Source of the DNA: Lytechinus pictus
Lineage: Eukaryota
Length of the DNA: 64,000 nt
Reading direction: 5' to 3'
Assembly (NCBI RefSeq): GCF_037042905.1
Contig: NC_087252.1
Location: forward strand, 27,282,001 to 27,346,000
This document shows positions 13,791 through 28,629 of this stretch, in pieces (the first letter of the stretch is position 1; the number at the start of each line of letters is the position of its first letter). The position numbers and the translations under genes are program-made. The notes beneath the pieces are model-generated. The model saw only the letters and a list, made by a program, of their open reading frames with translations. It had not been told where the DNA came from and did not search any database.

Positions 13791-16700
13791 GTGGATAGCT
13801 TGGGAAAGACAACTGGAGATGGAAGAGTAAAGTAGGTACTGGGAGCAGAATTCCTGTCAATTTATTTTAACCCACAAAAGTAGGGATCTTTCGTATTTTA
13901 TCCTACACCATTTCCTAGAATACCAATGCTAATTTGCTTCGTGTTTTCCGGGGTTTTTAAGCCAGATAACACAGGGTAGCCTACCAAGACAACATAAGAA
14001 TCCAATTCCACATGGATTAAAGACAGACACAAAGTTAGAGTGGGTGAAGAATATGAGAGGGGAGGAATGAATTGTACATAATAATGATAATAAGGATAAT
14101 ATAGCAACATTTATATCGCGCTTAATACAATTTTACTATTATGCATACTCTTATTCCGGCATTCATTTAGCACGGTTACACTGATCAGGCGCATCAAAAA
14201 TTCAAGGAATTCCTTCCTAACGGGTACCCATTTACTACACCTGGGTGGAGAGTGACAAAATGTAGATAATAGAGTTAAAGTGACAGTTGCCATAATTATG
14301 CAGTCGTTTCCTCGGATAGGCTTCATATTCCGTTTCCTCGGATAGGCTTCATATTCTTACATGATATTTGCAGATGAGAATGATAGCCAAGTAACATCAG
14401 GTGATACATGCAACTGCTCAATCAGCTTTACAAGCATTGTGACGTCAACTTACCAATACAATTCCCCAATAGGGTGATTCCATACGTGCCGTAAGGGAAC
14501 TTTCGGCAACAATATCTTGCCTCTTAGCTGAATGCTTGAGCAATAGAATTTGATTTTTTTTTTTCAATGATAAAGTAATAGTGGGTAGTCATGTGAAAAA
14601 AATGATAACCAATTGAAAATGATTGATTATGGGTGAATTAAATGTGAAAATGTTGTGTGTCGTACGGGACTCAGAATGTCCCGTTCGACTACACAACACG
14701 TTTACCTCTAATTCCCCCATGGACGACATATTTTTTGTTGGTTGTATTTTTTTTTTTAATTACTACCCAGTAGTACTTTATTATTTTTGCAAGACAAATT
14801 TAAGTTCCTCATTTGTTTTGACAGCAAGTGGAAGAATGTTGCGAAAATGGCTGATTTTTTTTTCCGCATGGAATCGCCCAATGTCGTAGTGTTCTGAACA
14901 TACACAACACGGACTTGCGTCCTTCTTGCAATAATCGGCTCATGAAATTCCCCTTTACCCCCAAACACACGTACACATACCCTCACACCCTCACACTCTC
15001 TCACCCACACCCTTCAATAAAGTAAACATAAGCACCATTATTTATTCACATGCTCTGTCTATTAACCAAACACAAACCTGAATTTAAAAGATAACTTGAT
15101 TCCTCACATCATCCACCCCCCCCCCCCCACATCTATCACAAGTCCACACTCATTAGATAGGCTATGTCTTTGGGCTTTGGCATATTGAGAAACATGGCTT
15201 TGCATTAAATCTGAAGAAAATTTTGAGATAACATCGAAAAACAATGAAAACGAAGAAGTGTTAGAGAGAGAAAAAAATTGATAAACCTGACAGAAGAGAG
15301 AGAGAGAGAGAGAACAGACGACAAAGTATTTGGAGATTGAGAAAGACTTGTAAAGATGGAAAGTAGAGGAACGAGTAATAAAACAGTAGAACAAAGTACA
15401 TTGAGAGAGAAACGTTTAGGTGTGCTATTGAAAAGAAATAATATGACTCTACACATACCCAACTCCCACACACACACCCACATCAGCCCATGCCTCCCAT
15501 ACACACACTCCCTCATCCAAACAAAGTTCATTATCTCTACCCTTGGTGCAACATTTTGATTTTCAGTTCTATGAAAATAATATTGATAATAATGATGATA
15601 ATAATTATAATAATAATAATAATATTAATAATGATAATAATTAAACGCACACACCTTCCTAAGAGGCCCATGGCGTCCTTTTACTTCTAAATATTTAAGA
15701 TATTTAGAAATATGAAATCAAATATTCGCAATATTCATCAAAACATTCGTTAGTTTTTGATAATGTTCGAGTTTTATACTAATTAGGAAATTTAAACCAA
15801 TATCTACCACATTTCTTATAAATTTTACTAGTATCAAGAATATATGATTATAAAAAAAAATTATTATTTTATTTTAAAAGGGGATTTATAAGAACATTAA
15901 TACGGCAATTGTAATACAAGACAATAAAAACCAGTTAACATAAGGTGAAACGGTACATAACATAAACTGAAGGAAGTGATAATCAAAGGAAAATATAATT
16001 TCTCATCCAAAAGAAACATATAGAGTGGTGGTTTTTTTTCTTCAAACATAAACAGTAAGGAGGATATTTTTGGAAAGCTTTGGGGGTAATGTGGCTGGCA
16101 ATTTCATATATATGTTACAGAAATTATTTACCATTATCATTATTTTATTCAATTATAGACATTTTTTAAATTATGAATAGCAAATTTTTAAATAAGAATT
16201 CAACATCATTTGGTAACAATGATGTGGCACTATACGAGTTTATTGTTTCTTCTTCAACATTCTAAAATCAATACCATGAAATGTAAGGTCAATTTCCCAA
16301 ACACGACGATTAATATTCTGAAATACATTTATTATTTCAGTTTGTGCTTTTTTTCACCCTTGATTTTATCTTACACTACGAAACTTTAATTTACAAAAGT
16401 CATGAGAGTACGGCTTGAAAAACAAACGAGAATATACTTGTAAACCACGGTAAAAGAGCGCAAGGCAGTTACCGAAAGTTTCATAGGTTTGATACAATTT
16501 TGGTGTTCACAAGCGCCTCTAAGTTGTGCATCAAAGCGTTGATTTTATAGCACAATAGTATAAAAAAATAACTAAAATATGTATCACACTAAACTGCTAA
16601 AAGATTTTTAAAAAAGCATACTCACCTAAGGTTTTACGAAAAATATCCCCTGTTTATTCACTACAAAAATGCGATATCAAGAAATTGCTTCGGTTAGATG

Positions 16701-18879
16701 CCCATCTACATTCACTTGTTCAACCGGCTCGTGGAATCACTGAAAGTGAACTTCCGAAGCATCCATCAGGCGGGACACGCCTTCTTTTGGCGGGAAAACG
16801 TAGTTGCGATTTTAGGATACGCCACGAGATGGAGTACGAGAGAATTTTCCGCCCCCGGCCGCTAGTGATGTACTTGTCAATGAATGGGTGTTGAGGAAAA
16901 CGGAAACGGAAATGAATTATTGAGATGGAGAAAGTGAGAGCCTAAATTGAATGTGAACCGTGACTCGTGTCAAGTCATGTCGATGAATGCGCATGAAACA
17001 AGTATCGATGTAAAACAGAGCAAGAGAAGTGATGGAGACAGAACGATTGAAAGATACAAAGGAGGAGAAGTAGATAAAGAGATAGATCTTCATATTAATC
17101 AATATAGGTTTGTGTATGAATAGAACATATACAAACGCATACACATAGATAGATGGAAATTTAATTTCCATTGATATATTGATTTACTTATTCCATGTAT
17201 TTTGTTAATGTATAGTTTTGTTTGTGTTTGTTTTATACTAGATACGTTGCATTTTCTATCTTCTATTTCTCTTCCTTTTTTTGCATACACACAATTATTC
17301 ACGCTTTTAAATTTTTAATTCTATTTTTTAAAGTAAATGATATGAGTTTGATGTATTTCATTTATATTAATATTACCCATTGACAGCTCACCATTTTTGT
17401 TGATTTTTGTTTATAATTGATTTGTATGTATGTATTTCTAATTTGTATGTTGCAAAGTGATAAAGAAAATGAAATAAACTAATACGTTAAAATTCCTGTG
17501 TTTCAAAGCCTTGGAATTTCTTTGTAATCCTTTCTTCATGGATAAACAAAATAATCTTCAATCTTGTATGAGAGACAAGATAGATAAATAAAGACAAATA
17601 GTTAAAGAGAAAGGGGCATAATTATTGTTGATATGTGTGATTCGATAAAACGGGAAGACAGAGGAGACGGGGTGAGCAACAATTTGACGTTACCAAGAAT
17701 TTCAATCAACTAGACTAGACTGTTTCGGAAGATGTACATTTCTCATAATAAAAACGCCCACACCTATCGCCCACACTCACACCCACACCCCAGGCAAGAT
17801 CCCATAGCCAGGGGCGAATCAAGGGGGGGGGCGGCGAAGGAGCCTTGCCTCCCCCAAACCCATTTTATTTTGGTATCAAATTGCTCTTGTACAGACGTTA
17901 CCTTTGACCGATTCTTTGACGGATTATAAAAGAAAATCTTTTGAATATGTTGCTGCCTTCTTTTTCAATTATCTCCCTTGTGATATACAACAATGCATGT
18001 CCCTCCATGCATTGAAAAAACACTGTAAATCATTAAATTCTGACTCTCATGCATGTAATAACACTGAATAACTTGATGTACATGTAGATGTTATGATTCC
18101 ATGATAATTGTTGATTTGACTCTCTATGTATAATGTATTCTGTTTTTACTTTATTGTTTTTGTCACATATATTTAATTGCTATTGATGAAGAGTTGTTTG
18201 TTAAACTGCAGGGCGCCTTTAGAAAGCAGTTTTGCATAACTGAACAGGCCTACCCTGCAGTATAAAATAAAGAAAACCAATAAATAAATAAAAAAATAAT
18301 TTGGGATAAAATGTTTGTACAACACTGCTCGGACAATCCTGGGTCCGCCCTTGCACATACGTACAAACATAACCGTATACTCACATTTACAGACTCATCC
18401 TAACACACACTAACACGAACATTTGAACAACATCAACATTGCACGCATATATACACCCTCACACGTCCCGTCACGCACAACCTACACACGCTCACACACA
18501 CGCACACAGTCTGAATAATCATGATAATAGAAACTAGAAACCTCAGGCATCAATATTTATTATAATAAACACGCTGACGCATTGAAATATTCGCAAAGTT
18601 TGCATATTGTTCCTTCGGCAACAAAATGGCACGGTGGTTGTATTGTGTTTGGGTGGATTAATTAATTTCATCGTAATCTACATCTATAATGAAATAAAGG
18701 AGATTGAATTGAGAAAAAAAAAACGAATTCATAATGGATATCTCACAGAACGTGCTCGCCATCAACGATGATTTTTCATTTCGCGTTTGCATTATTGGTA
18801 TCTATTGCAAGGACCCATGATTTGTATTCATGAATCGCACAATTCATATTTCTTTGACTATTCCCATCCCGATTAGTTA

Positions 18880-19113
18880 CAATAACAATAACGTTTTATT
18901 ACCTATGGTAGCCACTTCAATCAAAATACAGCTCTTCCAGTGGGCCCAGCATAACATGATATGTTGTTATTACCCTTTTCAAATCTTAATGTTGTGCGCC
19001 AAGCAAGAAGGCAGAATGTCCCATTTTTTAAGTCTTGGGTATGACTCAGCCGGGGATCGAACTCACGACCTCCCGATAATGAGGCGGGCGCTTTCCACTG
19101 AGCCATCATGCCG
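18880..19113 (-). mobile_element. tRNA-derived SINE of a second family (related copy at 30590-30745)
   Basis: Minus strand atggctcagtggaaagcgccc...gagttcgatccccggc A/B boxes; shared caagaaggcagaa..cccatttt segment. Confidence 0.75.
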
Positions 19114-19276
19114 GTAATCTATCGTACCGTATGTATTCACTTGTCTCTTATACGAGCTCTCTCATCAACTCCTTCTCCGTCTCCACCCCCCCCCCCCTTC
19201 ATTCCTCTATTTCCCCTCATTTTCTTTCATTAATTCTGCCTCTTTCTGACACTGCTTTTCTCTATCTCTCTCCCCA

Positions 19277-19309
<33 letters not shown>

Positions 19310-21069
19310 TTCTCTTCCCCTTTCTCTCTCAAGTAATATATATATATTTTTTTATCTATTTCTCTCCTTCTTTGTCATTCCTGTTCTTCAATTTTTTTCT
19401 ACGTTTTCTCTTTAGCTATTTCAGTTTTCCTATAGTTGCCGTCGCTTATATGTTTGTGGCAATTAACTCCTTTTTTTTTCTGATGAATTTGAATACATCA
19501 TTTATTTGATATACAAATTTGAATTTGAAGTTGGATTTGGATTTAGAGTTGAAAGTCGAATTTGAAATGTAATTTGTATTCAGTTAGAATTTGCAATGAA
19601 CTTGAATGTGACTTTGATTAGATTTGAATTTTAAAATGAATGTAATTTTTATAATAATAATATAGGATTTGTATAGCGCACGTATCCACCTTGCTAGGTG
19701 CTCAAGGCGCTCCTATAAATTATTACCCCGGCTAAGCTAGTCTACCTATTCTGGTGCGCACAGCTATTTGAGGAATTACTTCTTGTAAACGAGTTTGGAT
19801 TTTCGATATGTTTGAATTTGGATATGAGTTTAAAATGAATTTCAATTTCTGAATTTTGAATAATCATTATCACGGTCAAGAAGACTGAATGAAACGTCAG
19901 AATGATTTGATCAGATCACAACGATGGTGTGGGCGACCACCTCTATTTGTAAATGCCGAAAACACCTTGTACAAGCGTATTACTTTATCATTCAATTACC
20001 TTAATGACTGTTCTAAAAATATAGGTGTTTGTGTGACACAATTTCAATTGTATAACTATGACATTTTCTTGCACTCCACCTTTCTCTCTCTCTCTCTCTC
20101 TCACTCGCTCATATTTTTCAGTCTAAATTCGACCTTTGGTGATCTTGTAGTATTAGGTACCGCTATCCATTTCAGTCATGACGTCACAAATAATAACGCG
20201 AATGACGCACAATTGTTATCCCCTAAATTTTGTTTTTTGGGAATGAATCTGATATTGAAAGCTAACTGAATCAAAGCCCCTTGTTTATAACCTCTACGTG
20301 TGGCTTACATGCCGCAACACAAATAACTGAAAAGAAAGACATAATGCCATGAATGTGTGAAATTTAAATCTAATCGAATTATTTGTGATCGAAACACTGC
20401 TTACGTGAACCGCGTGAAGGATGAGTTCATCACCAGACGTCAATTCCAGCTCACACAAGCGGTGAACATTTTTTTATTAATTGACGCGATAAAGCATCCA
20501 TTTCAGATTATTCAATTAATTTAATTTCCATTATTGTTGCTAAAGGCTAATACTACACTATCTCATCGAATTCCAAAATAGGACAAAAGTATTAATTGCT
20601 TGAATATTTAAAAGTTATCGGATTCATATTGGATGGTTAATCAAACTAAACTCGATTCTGGGATTAGAGTATCCATATAATATGTCAAGACCAAATAAAG
20701 GTATGCTCACGATTCAATTACATTTACAACAGTTAAATCGATTTTATGTTTGATCCAGCCTAATCAGACTAATTTATTAAAGTTCAATTTTGTAAGCAAT
20801 AACTAAAGAATAGTTAAAACCACATGCGCGAATTCATTATAAAATAATGAAAATCTATGAATAAAATATCTGGGTATCGGAACGCAAAATACAGCTCATT
20901 AACGCAATTGCATTGACTCAAAAACATTTATCAATTAAAGTGGATTGGCTGTTTACAAAAATATATATATCAACCATATGTGCGATACATATTGAATCCC
21001 ACAAAAAATATGAATAAAATACCTGGGTTGCAGAAAGTAATATACAGTTCAGTAACTTAGAACTCCGTA

Positions 21070-22876
21070 ATACTACACATGCATTATTAACAATAGTTGA
21101 TAAGATTGCCAGCGGAATCGACAAGTTTCAACATACTGTTGGGGTGTTCCTGGACTTCTCCAAGGCTTTTGATACCATTAATCATGACATTTTACTACAC
21201 AAACTTAATTACTATGGAGTCAGGGGAATAGCCTTGGAGTGGTTCAGGAACTACCTAGACAATAGAAAACAATTTGTCTCTTTCGAAAACTTTAATTCCG
21301 AAACAAAACTTGTTACTTGTGGGGTTCCGCAAGGCTCTATTTTGGGTCCCCTACTTTTTCTTATATACATAAATGATTTTTGTAAGTCCTCCAATAATTT
21401 ATCCTTTCTTCTGTTTGCTGACGATTCTAATATTTTTTTCTCCCATAAGGATCCACGCCATTTGCTTGCCACCATTAATCACGAACTAGTACATGTATCT
21501 GAATGGATCAAAGCTAATAAACTATCCCTTAATATATGCTCTTTAGTAATATCATAGATGAACTTCCAGGTAATATAATTTTCGAAAATACTAATTTACA
21601 AAGAGTTGGCAGTACTAAATTTCTTGGGGTAACCATTGATAATAATCTTTCCTGGAAAGAACACGTTGATCACATTTGTAAAATTATTTCGAGAAATATT
21701 GGTATTATAAACAAAGTAAAAATTTTCTTTCCCACTCATATACTATTTAATTTGTATTCAACTTTGATCCTGCCTCATTTAAACTACGGTATAACAGCAT
21801 GGGGGAATTGTGCTGACTGCCTCCTGAACAGAATTTTACTTTTGCAGAAAAAGGCTATTCGTATTATTTGTCATGCAGATTTTCGTTCACACACTGACGA
21901 ACTTTTCTATAAATATAATATTTTGAAGATTGGTGACTTGTATCGATACAATCTCGGAAAACTCATGTATAGTTTAGATAAAAATGAACTTCCAAATATA
22001 TTTTATTCCATGTTTACTAAAAATGTCGATATTCATCATTATCCTACTAGGTCCGCCGGGCTCTTTCATCCACCAAGAGCTAGAACCATCCTTTTGAATA
22101 AAACATTTATTTTTACAGGTATCAAACTTTGGAACTCTCTTACAGAATCATTACGTAACAAACCAACACATTTAAGTTTCAGTCGAGGGTTAAAGAAAAT
22201 TCTTATTCTTGGGTATAAACCCCAGAACTCAAACATTTCTGTGTAAGCAGCTACCACATCTTCTTCTTCTTCCCTTCTTATTTTCTTCTTTCTTCTCTTT
22301 CCTCCTCCCTCTTATATTTCTTTTGTTCTCTCTCTCTTCCTATCACCTTTAATGTCTAGTTCTGTTGCTTTTCTTATTTTCCTGTTTGTCTATGTTTTGT
22401 AGTGTGTTTTGTTTTGTTTCTGTTCCCTTTTTTGCTGTCTTGTCCTGTTGTGGTTTGCGTGCCTTCTTTGTTTTTGTTTTTGTCTTTGTTTTGTTTTTAG
22501 TATTCGTTCTGTCTTTTCCAAGTGATTGTCTGTTCATACACTCCTGAACTCATGGTTTTTTTTTATACAGCAGGGGTATAATATAATATTTTTTGTCAAT
22601 TTTAACACAGTACACATAAAAAGCTTGACCCCAGTAGTATTCTTTTTCATTGTATAAACTTTTTTAATTTACGATTTGAATTTCACTGATCAATTACATA
22701 CTTTAATCAACTATTTATTGCAGGGAACCCATAATAACAAGCTTTGCTTTCCAGTGGGTTCCCTTTTTTCATTTCTGTATATTATATTTTGTGTTTTACT
22801 ATACATTGTAACTTTTGTTAAAATTTGGAATGAAAAAGAATAAATGCAATCAATCAATCAATCAAAAATCAATCAA
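21070..22876 (+). mobile_element. 5'-truncated non-LTR retrotransposon (CR1/L2-like), RT domain and C-terminal region, frameshifted near 21536
   Basis: FLDFSKAFD, GVPQGSILGPLLFLIYIND, LFADD and KFLGVTIDNNLSW motifs; pyrimidine-rich 3' UTR; AATAAA followed by an (AATC)n tail at ~22847-22876. Confidence 0.93.
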
Positions 22877-22886
22877 AGAGCCAAAC

Positions 22887-22924
<38 letters not shown>

Positions 22925-23687
22925 CTCAAAAGTATTTTCTTACATTGACTCATTTCTTTTTCAAAAATATCTTCCCTTCGATTATTTTTTGCCATATTCA
23001 TTCTCGTTTGATAATGATTTTAATAATAACTTTATCAATAATAACAATCATTGCGTTTGAGGACCTGCCCATAGTCCAATAAGATCTGAGCAGTACAAAA
23101 ATAAGCTTTTCAACAGCTTGTTTATTGTATAACTAAGAATCTGCTACAAACACCATTCTGATATGAATATCAATTATATTAAGTAGAAAGAAGCATCACT
23201 GAGCAATTTCAAACTACTAATTTTAGTATGTCATATGATTTCGTTATACACCTCTGCTTGTTACCCATACCACTCCCCAATCTTTTTTAATCGCCCTATT
23301 TATTTTTTTCTCTCTTTTTTTTTATTTCTCTCTCACTTTCTTCTTTCTTTTATTTCTTTCTATCTCTCTCTTCCAGTGACAAGCAGCCTAGCAAGTGTCC
23401 GTTACTCTGTTATCGGTTGATATACTATCTATATACTTAATTACCCAAACGAGTCAGCTTGGAAATACGGGCTAAAACGTTAATTCAATTAAAATCAGGA
23501 TGCAAGAATTCTATTCATATAACATGCAAGGAGTATTTTTTGCTAATTGATGTACTTTCGATTGAAATATATTACTTACGTTTAATTACGTAATTTGCTA
23601 ATTGCACAATATCAGATAAGACAATGTGTTGAAACAAGGAAAGCGCAGCTGCAGACAAGAATAGCGATAACTGGGTAGATAAGGCAG

Positions 23688-23821
23688 TATATAAACAAAC
23701 AGGGGTCCCGACCTTGATAATTTAAGCAATCGACATTTGAAGAGTTCAGGGTTGGATTCACAACAGTCCTTGGAAGTATAAATATATTTTTTCTATTGGA
23801 TCATACGAGAGATATTTCAAG
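23688..23821 (+). promoter_or_regulatory. Candidate TATA box and non-coding first exon of gene A
   Basis: TATATAAA at 23688 preceded by several GATAA motifs; only weak donors (gtataa 23776, gtatag 23822). Gene A has an acceptor right before its ATG, which implies an upstream exon. Confidence 0.4.
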
Positions 23822-24310
23822 GTATAGTTTTTGTTCCGTTATTGCTTATGCTACGGTCACATCGGCGAATTTGCCTTTAAACGATCACGTTATTACCTGT
23901 GAAAAAAATCAGTTTGTCGTAGGTTTCGTAGGTGTTACTGTAGCCATTCTTTTTTTCTTTGTGTTGTATTTTTGTACTGTATCTTTTTTTCTACAGGCGT
24001 ATCCCGCCACGAGCTTTTGCTTTCCTGCACTCTAAAAAAATGAAGAGCTAACTCAGCACTTACACTAGCTTGTATCAGGTATAAGTCTCCCTGTTGATAT
24101 CCGTTCATGTTCTTCATTACGAGTATTCAAAAATAAGCTAAAAAACATATCTGTTTTTACAATAATACACCTTCATAATATTTGTAAGAACTTGGAGAGC
24201 AGAATTTTACAACTTTATTTTTGTCATATTCTTGTAAAAAGCACTTTGAGCATGATAATGGAATGGGCTATATAAATATCTAATGTATGTATGCATATAT
24301 ACCATGTATA

Positions 24311-24347
<37 letters not shown>

Positions 24348-25546
24348 GTATGTATGTATGTATGTAGGTATGAATAGTGACTACACCTCGGAGTGCTGAT
24401 TTTCTACTTCAAATTTGAATTACTAAATCAGCGCTCCGAGGTGTTGTCACTATACAATATTCTTACATGTAGGTGCTAAATTAGCATTAGAGTGTGAGAC
24501 TTACGCCATTTTCCATAAACATAACTTGTAAGTATCTATATTCTTAATGAAAAAGTGTTATTGTATAAATCTATGTTTACACAAATGAGGAAATTTGTGA
24601 CACATTTTGAACAAAATAAATGTTTATATTATGAAGGAATTCATCTTAATGATATAAAATTATAGTGTTCATTAAACTGTCAAGAATGAAATTAATCCGA
24701 GCTCAATATTATTGAAATTTAATCCGTTTTCATTGTGCAATTATTTTTAAAGGAAAAGAAAATCGAATTATGGAACGCAGATTTGAGAAAAAAAGTTTAT
24801 ACGTGACAACGTAATTTATAATTTTCGAAATATAGAAAATTAATTCCAATAATAAAAGTAGAAAATCTAACAATCATAACATAAAAAGCAATATTTCGGA
24901 TATGACTCGGAATCTGTATAATCTTGAAATTCACTTCACCTTTCTTGTTCTTGCGTATTTTTTTTAGAATAATATAAAGAGAAATATAAAAAGAAATAAT
25001 AAAATAATGGTTTGAATCTTCAGCATATTAAGGGAACGTCTTAAATTATTATTGTAACTTATTGGTGATCCTTTGATCCCCTGAGATACTAAATATATTG
25101 AAATATATTTGAATTTTCAGGTAATAAAATACTAAAGCAAAAAAGGTGTCAAAATTTTCCCCTTCATTAAGCTACTTCATTAAGCTACGGTAGCATATCG
25201 TTTATCAGTGCATGTGTTCTGTGATTAACTGTTTTTGAAGCTGTACTACGACACGTCAACATCCGATCAGTTTGCAAAGGGAATAGATACTATAGTTGTT
25301 GTTCTATCTCAAATATATATAGCGCTCATGAAAGGGACAACTTTAAATTGCCTTTTGATATTTTTGATTGAAACCAAAATTGTCCGTTTTTTTAACTAAA
25401 AGAAATATTTGGCTATATCTGCTCAATCAAAAATGATTTTTTTTTCTGTTATCATGGTTGTTTTATTAGTAAATTTTGTCATGATTAGATTAGTAAAAAG
25501 CAATTAAAAACAAATGACCCAGGAGGTAATAATGTTAATTTGCTCT

Positions 25547-25805
25547 GCACTGTAAGAAACGAATATTGGGTAAAATCTTAACCAGCACAAGGGAGGGAAA
25601 TTATGTGTCCAACCAACTTTGGGCAGTATTTTACCCAATGCGGGAAGCATATTGTCCAGTAATACAAAATAAGCAACAATTACCTTAGAATGGGCATGAT
25701 TTTCATCACACTCGATAAATAAAAATGCCCAAAAGAAACGCCCAATGTTGGTTGGACACATTATTACCCTCATGGAGCATTTTTACCACACATTTCTTTA
25801 CAGTG
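25547..25805. mobile_element. MITE with cactgtaa...ttacagtg termini (inverted copy at ~39829-40048)
   Basis: Terminal inverted repeats; both copies translate to the same spurious MRVIMCPTNIG peptide on opposite strands. Confidence 0.75.
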
Positions 25806-26974
25806 TATGAATCGATTCGGCTTTTGTTTTATATTGCATATAGATTGCTTTTTGTTTGTTTCTGGATTATACCGTAGGCTACAGTATTCATTTCATGTTG
25901 TACTAATCTGGACTTATTGTTATAATCGTATCACTTTTTATAAATGCAGTTGTTTTCCATTAACAAAATGAAAAAAAGTATAGAAAGTGCATGAGAAATA
26001 ACAAATCAATAAATGTGACACGAATCTCGAAAGAAGATATGTTATCTAACACTATTAGACTTAGAACTTAGAACTTCCGGCGGAGTTATCAATCATATTA
26101 CCTGTCATGGGGGAGGACGGCAACTAGTAGGATATGATGTCTGCTACAATTTTTGTCTGTGATTTCATTATTTGCTTCTTGTTTATAATTATATGTTATT
26201 TATTTATTAACTTATTTATTTATTTATTTATTCATTCATTCATTTAGTTTTGATTCAGCAGGTAGCCCCATCAAGGGCCCTGCATGACATAAAACACATA
26301 GAAGCACAAACATTTATATATACAAAATAAACAGATAATAGCAATAGTAAAATGAACAAAATCAATTGCAATCTCTGCTAGTCAAACCTACTAAGAAAAT
26401 CATATATGAACAACATTTTGAAGAAAAAAAAATCATTGCATCTAGAAAAGAACGTGTTAACACAAAGGAAATGTCTGCGGTTGTGCTTTATACAAAAGCG
26501 AATAAAGAAGTCGTTATAAGGCACAGTCTGAGTAAACCAGTTAGTCGTGCAAAATGTCCGGGGTAACTAAGCAAAAAAAAAATCGGCCCACCAGGAAACG
26601 ATGTACCCCTTCCGGCCAAAGCGGTAATTACACCGTCTTTGAGGGATCACTTTTCACCCTTTTCTACCCCCCCCCCCCCATCCTATCTTCCCTCATCGTC
26701 ACCAATGAATTCAAACCTTTATCTCGTTGCATCCCTTTTGGTGAAGTTATGCTCTTGGCATTTGATTGTTACATGGTAAACAAGATACAGGAGGTTTCAT
26801 GCTCTCCGATTTCTAATAACTCAGTGCCGGCAAAGAGGTTGTTTTAGGCTGCTTAAAGACGTCGTCCTTCTGTCTCTCTATTTCTTTATCATTCCGTTTA
26901 TATGTGCCTTTCTCTCACATCTCTCTCTCTCTCTCTTTATCAATATAGTTATCTGTTTGTCTGTCCATACATCC

Positions 26975-27059
26975 CTCCATCCATTTATCTATCTGTCTAT
27001 ATATCCATTCATCCATCGATGTCTCCATCTATATATATATATATCGATTAATCCATCCT

Positions 27060-27112
<53 letters not shown>

Positions 27113-27236
27113 ATCTATCTATCTATCTATCTATATATCTCTGTATTTATGTATGTATGTATGTATGTATGTATGTATATATCTATCTTTCTATCTATCT
27201 ATCTATCTATCCATTCATCCATTAATATATATACCA

Positions 27237-27284
<48 letters not shown>

Positions 27285-27304
27285 GTATTTATGTATGTAT
27301 GTAT

Positions 27305-27349
<45 letters not shown>

Positions 27350-27500
27350 CATCCATCCATCCATTAATCTATATACAACTATCTATCTATCTATCTATTT
27401 ATATATCCATCTATCTATCCCTCTCTCTCTCTCTCTCCCTATATCTTTCTCCATCTATCTATTTATCGATATCGCCCTCTCTCTATTTCTCTCATTTTCT
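26975..27500. repeat. (ATCT)n/(ATGT)n/(CT)n microsatellite abutting the gene A acceptor
   Basis: Direct observation. Confidence 0.95.
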
Positions 27501-27508
27501 CTCACCAG

Positions 27509-27689
27509 ATGGCGTCTAAGGTGGTGTGCTTACTGCTCACATTCAGTCTCCTCATCGCTGCCGTGGCTGCAGTTGGCTTTGACTACACCAAAGAAGATTT
27601 GGACGCTGTGCTCGCTTTTGCCGATGAGGGCGACAATATGGAGATGGTGGAAGGACGTGTGAAGAGAGCTGGTCGAAGGAGGATCATCC
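27509..27689 (+). CDS. Secreted Cys-rich prepropeptide gene A, coding exon 1 (signal peptide, acidic propiece, VKR cleavage site, AGRRRII). Full CDS join(27509..27689,28949..29035,31011..31033), 96 aa
   Basis: Polypyrimidine acceptor ctcaccag directly before [24 protein letters not shown] hydrophobic leader; D/E-rich segment; KR; donor C|gtgagt at 27690 (phase 1), same position as in the three paralogs. Confidence 0.88.
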
Positions 27690-28088
27690 GTGAGTATTTT
27701 CCCCCTGAAAAATGAGTTGGTTTTAATTTCATAAAAGGTGAAAATAAAGGCATATATGTTCAAAACAGTACAGTAGATGTATCTGAAATTAAACAGAAAA
27801 AGTCAACTTATTCTGACCACCCCCGCAAATTATTATTTTTTAATTATTTCTAACATTATGCCAAACTTGTTTTTTAAAAAAATAGATTTCTTGGAATTTT
27901 CATATTTTATTCCAAAAAAAAGATTTATTACCCCCCCCCCCCCTCCCCCAAAGAAAAAAAACTGCGTCATATCGGATCGAGTAATGCGCGCTGGGCTTTA
28001 GCGTCGCACTTCAAATCCAACTTGCGCGTGGTATAAATCACCGTATTGGTCAAGTCATAATACGAGGACACCCGCTACTGAGTATCAA

Positions 28089-28629
28089 TTAAAGGTCAAG
28101 TCCACCCAAAAAAATTGTTGAGTTGAATCGATACAGAAAAATCATACAAACATAACGCTGCAAATTTCATCGAAATCGGATGTAAAATAAGAAAGTTATG
28201 ACATTTTTAAGTTTCGCTTATTTTTCACAAAACAGTTAAATGCACAACTCAGCGATATGCAAATGAGAGAGTCGATGATGTCCATCACTCACTATTTCTT
28301 TTTTTTTAAATTGTTTTAATAATACAATTTTTCAATTTTTACAGATTTGACAATAAGCACCAACTCAACTTAACCATAAACTGTTAAAATAATGGGAAAA
28401 GGGAAAAATATTTTTTTTTTTTACTTGAAAAGGAGGAGAAAATTAGTCTGCCAATTTGCATACCGACCAGGATGTGCCTATAACTGTTTTGTGAAATTAA
28501 GCGAAACTTTAAAATGTCATAACTTTCTTATTTTACATCCGATTTTGATGAAATTTTCAGTGTTTTGCTAGTTGGATTTTTCTCCTCTTTTTCAAATCAA
28601 CTTTTTGTTGAGGTGGACTTGTCCTTTAA
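28089..28629. mobile_element. TTAA-flanked MITE in an intron of gene A
   Basis: ttaaaggtcaagtccacc ... ggtggacttgtcctttaa; long internal inverted repeat (atcggatgtaaaataagaaagttatgacatttt). Confidence 0.85.

Noticed and set aside
27690..27715. Unspliced ORF-track C-termini of genes A-D (EYFPPEK, EYAFLK..., KCGCRY..., KYILVL...)
   Set aside because: Each begins at a consensus GT donor in the same position and they show no mutual similarity, whereas the spliced exons are homologous
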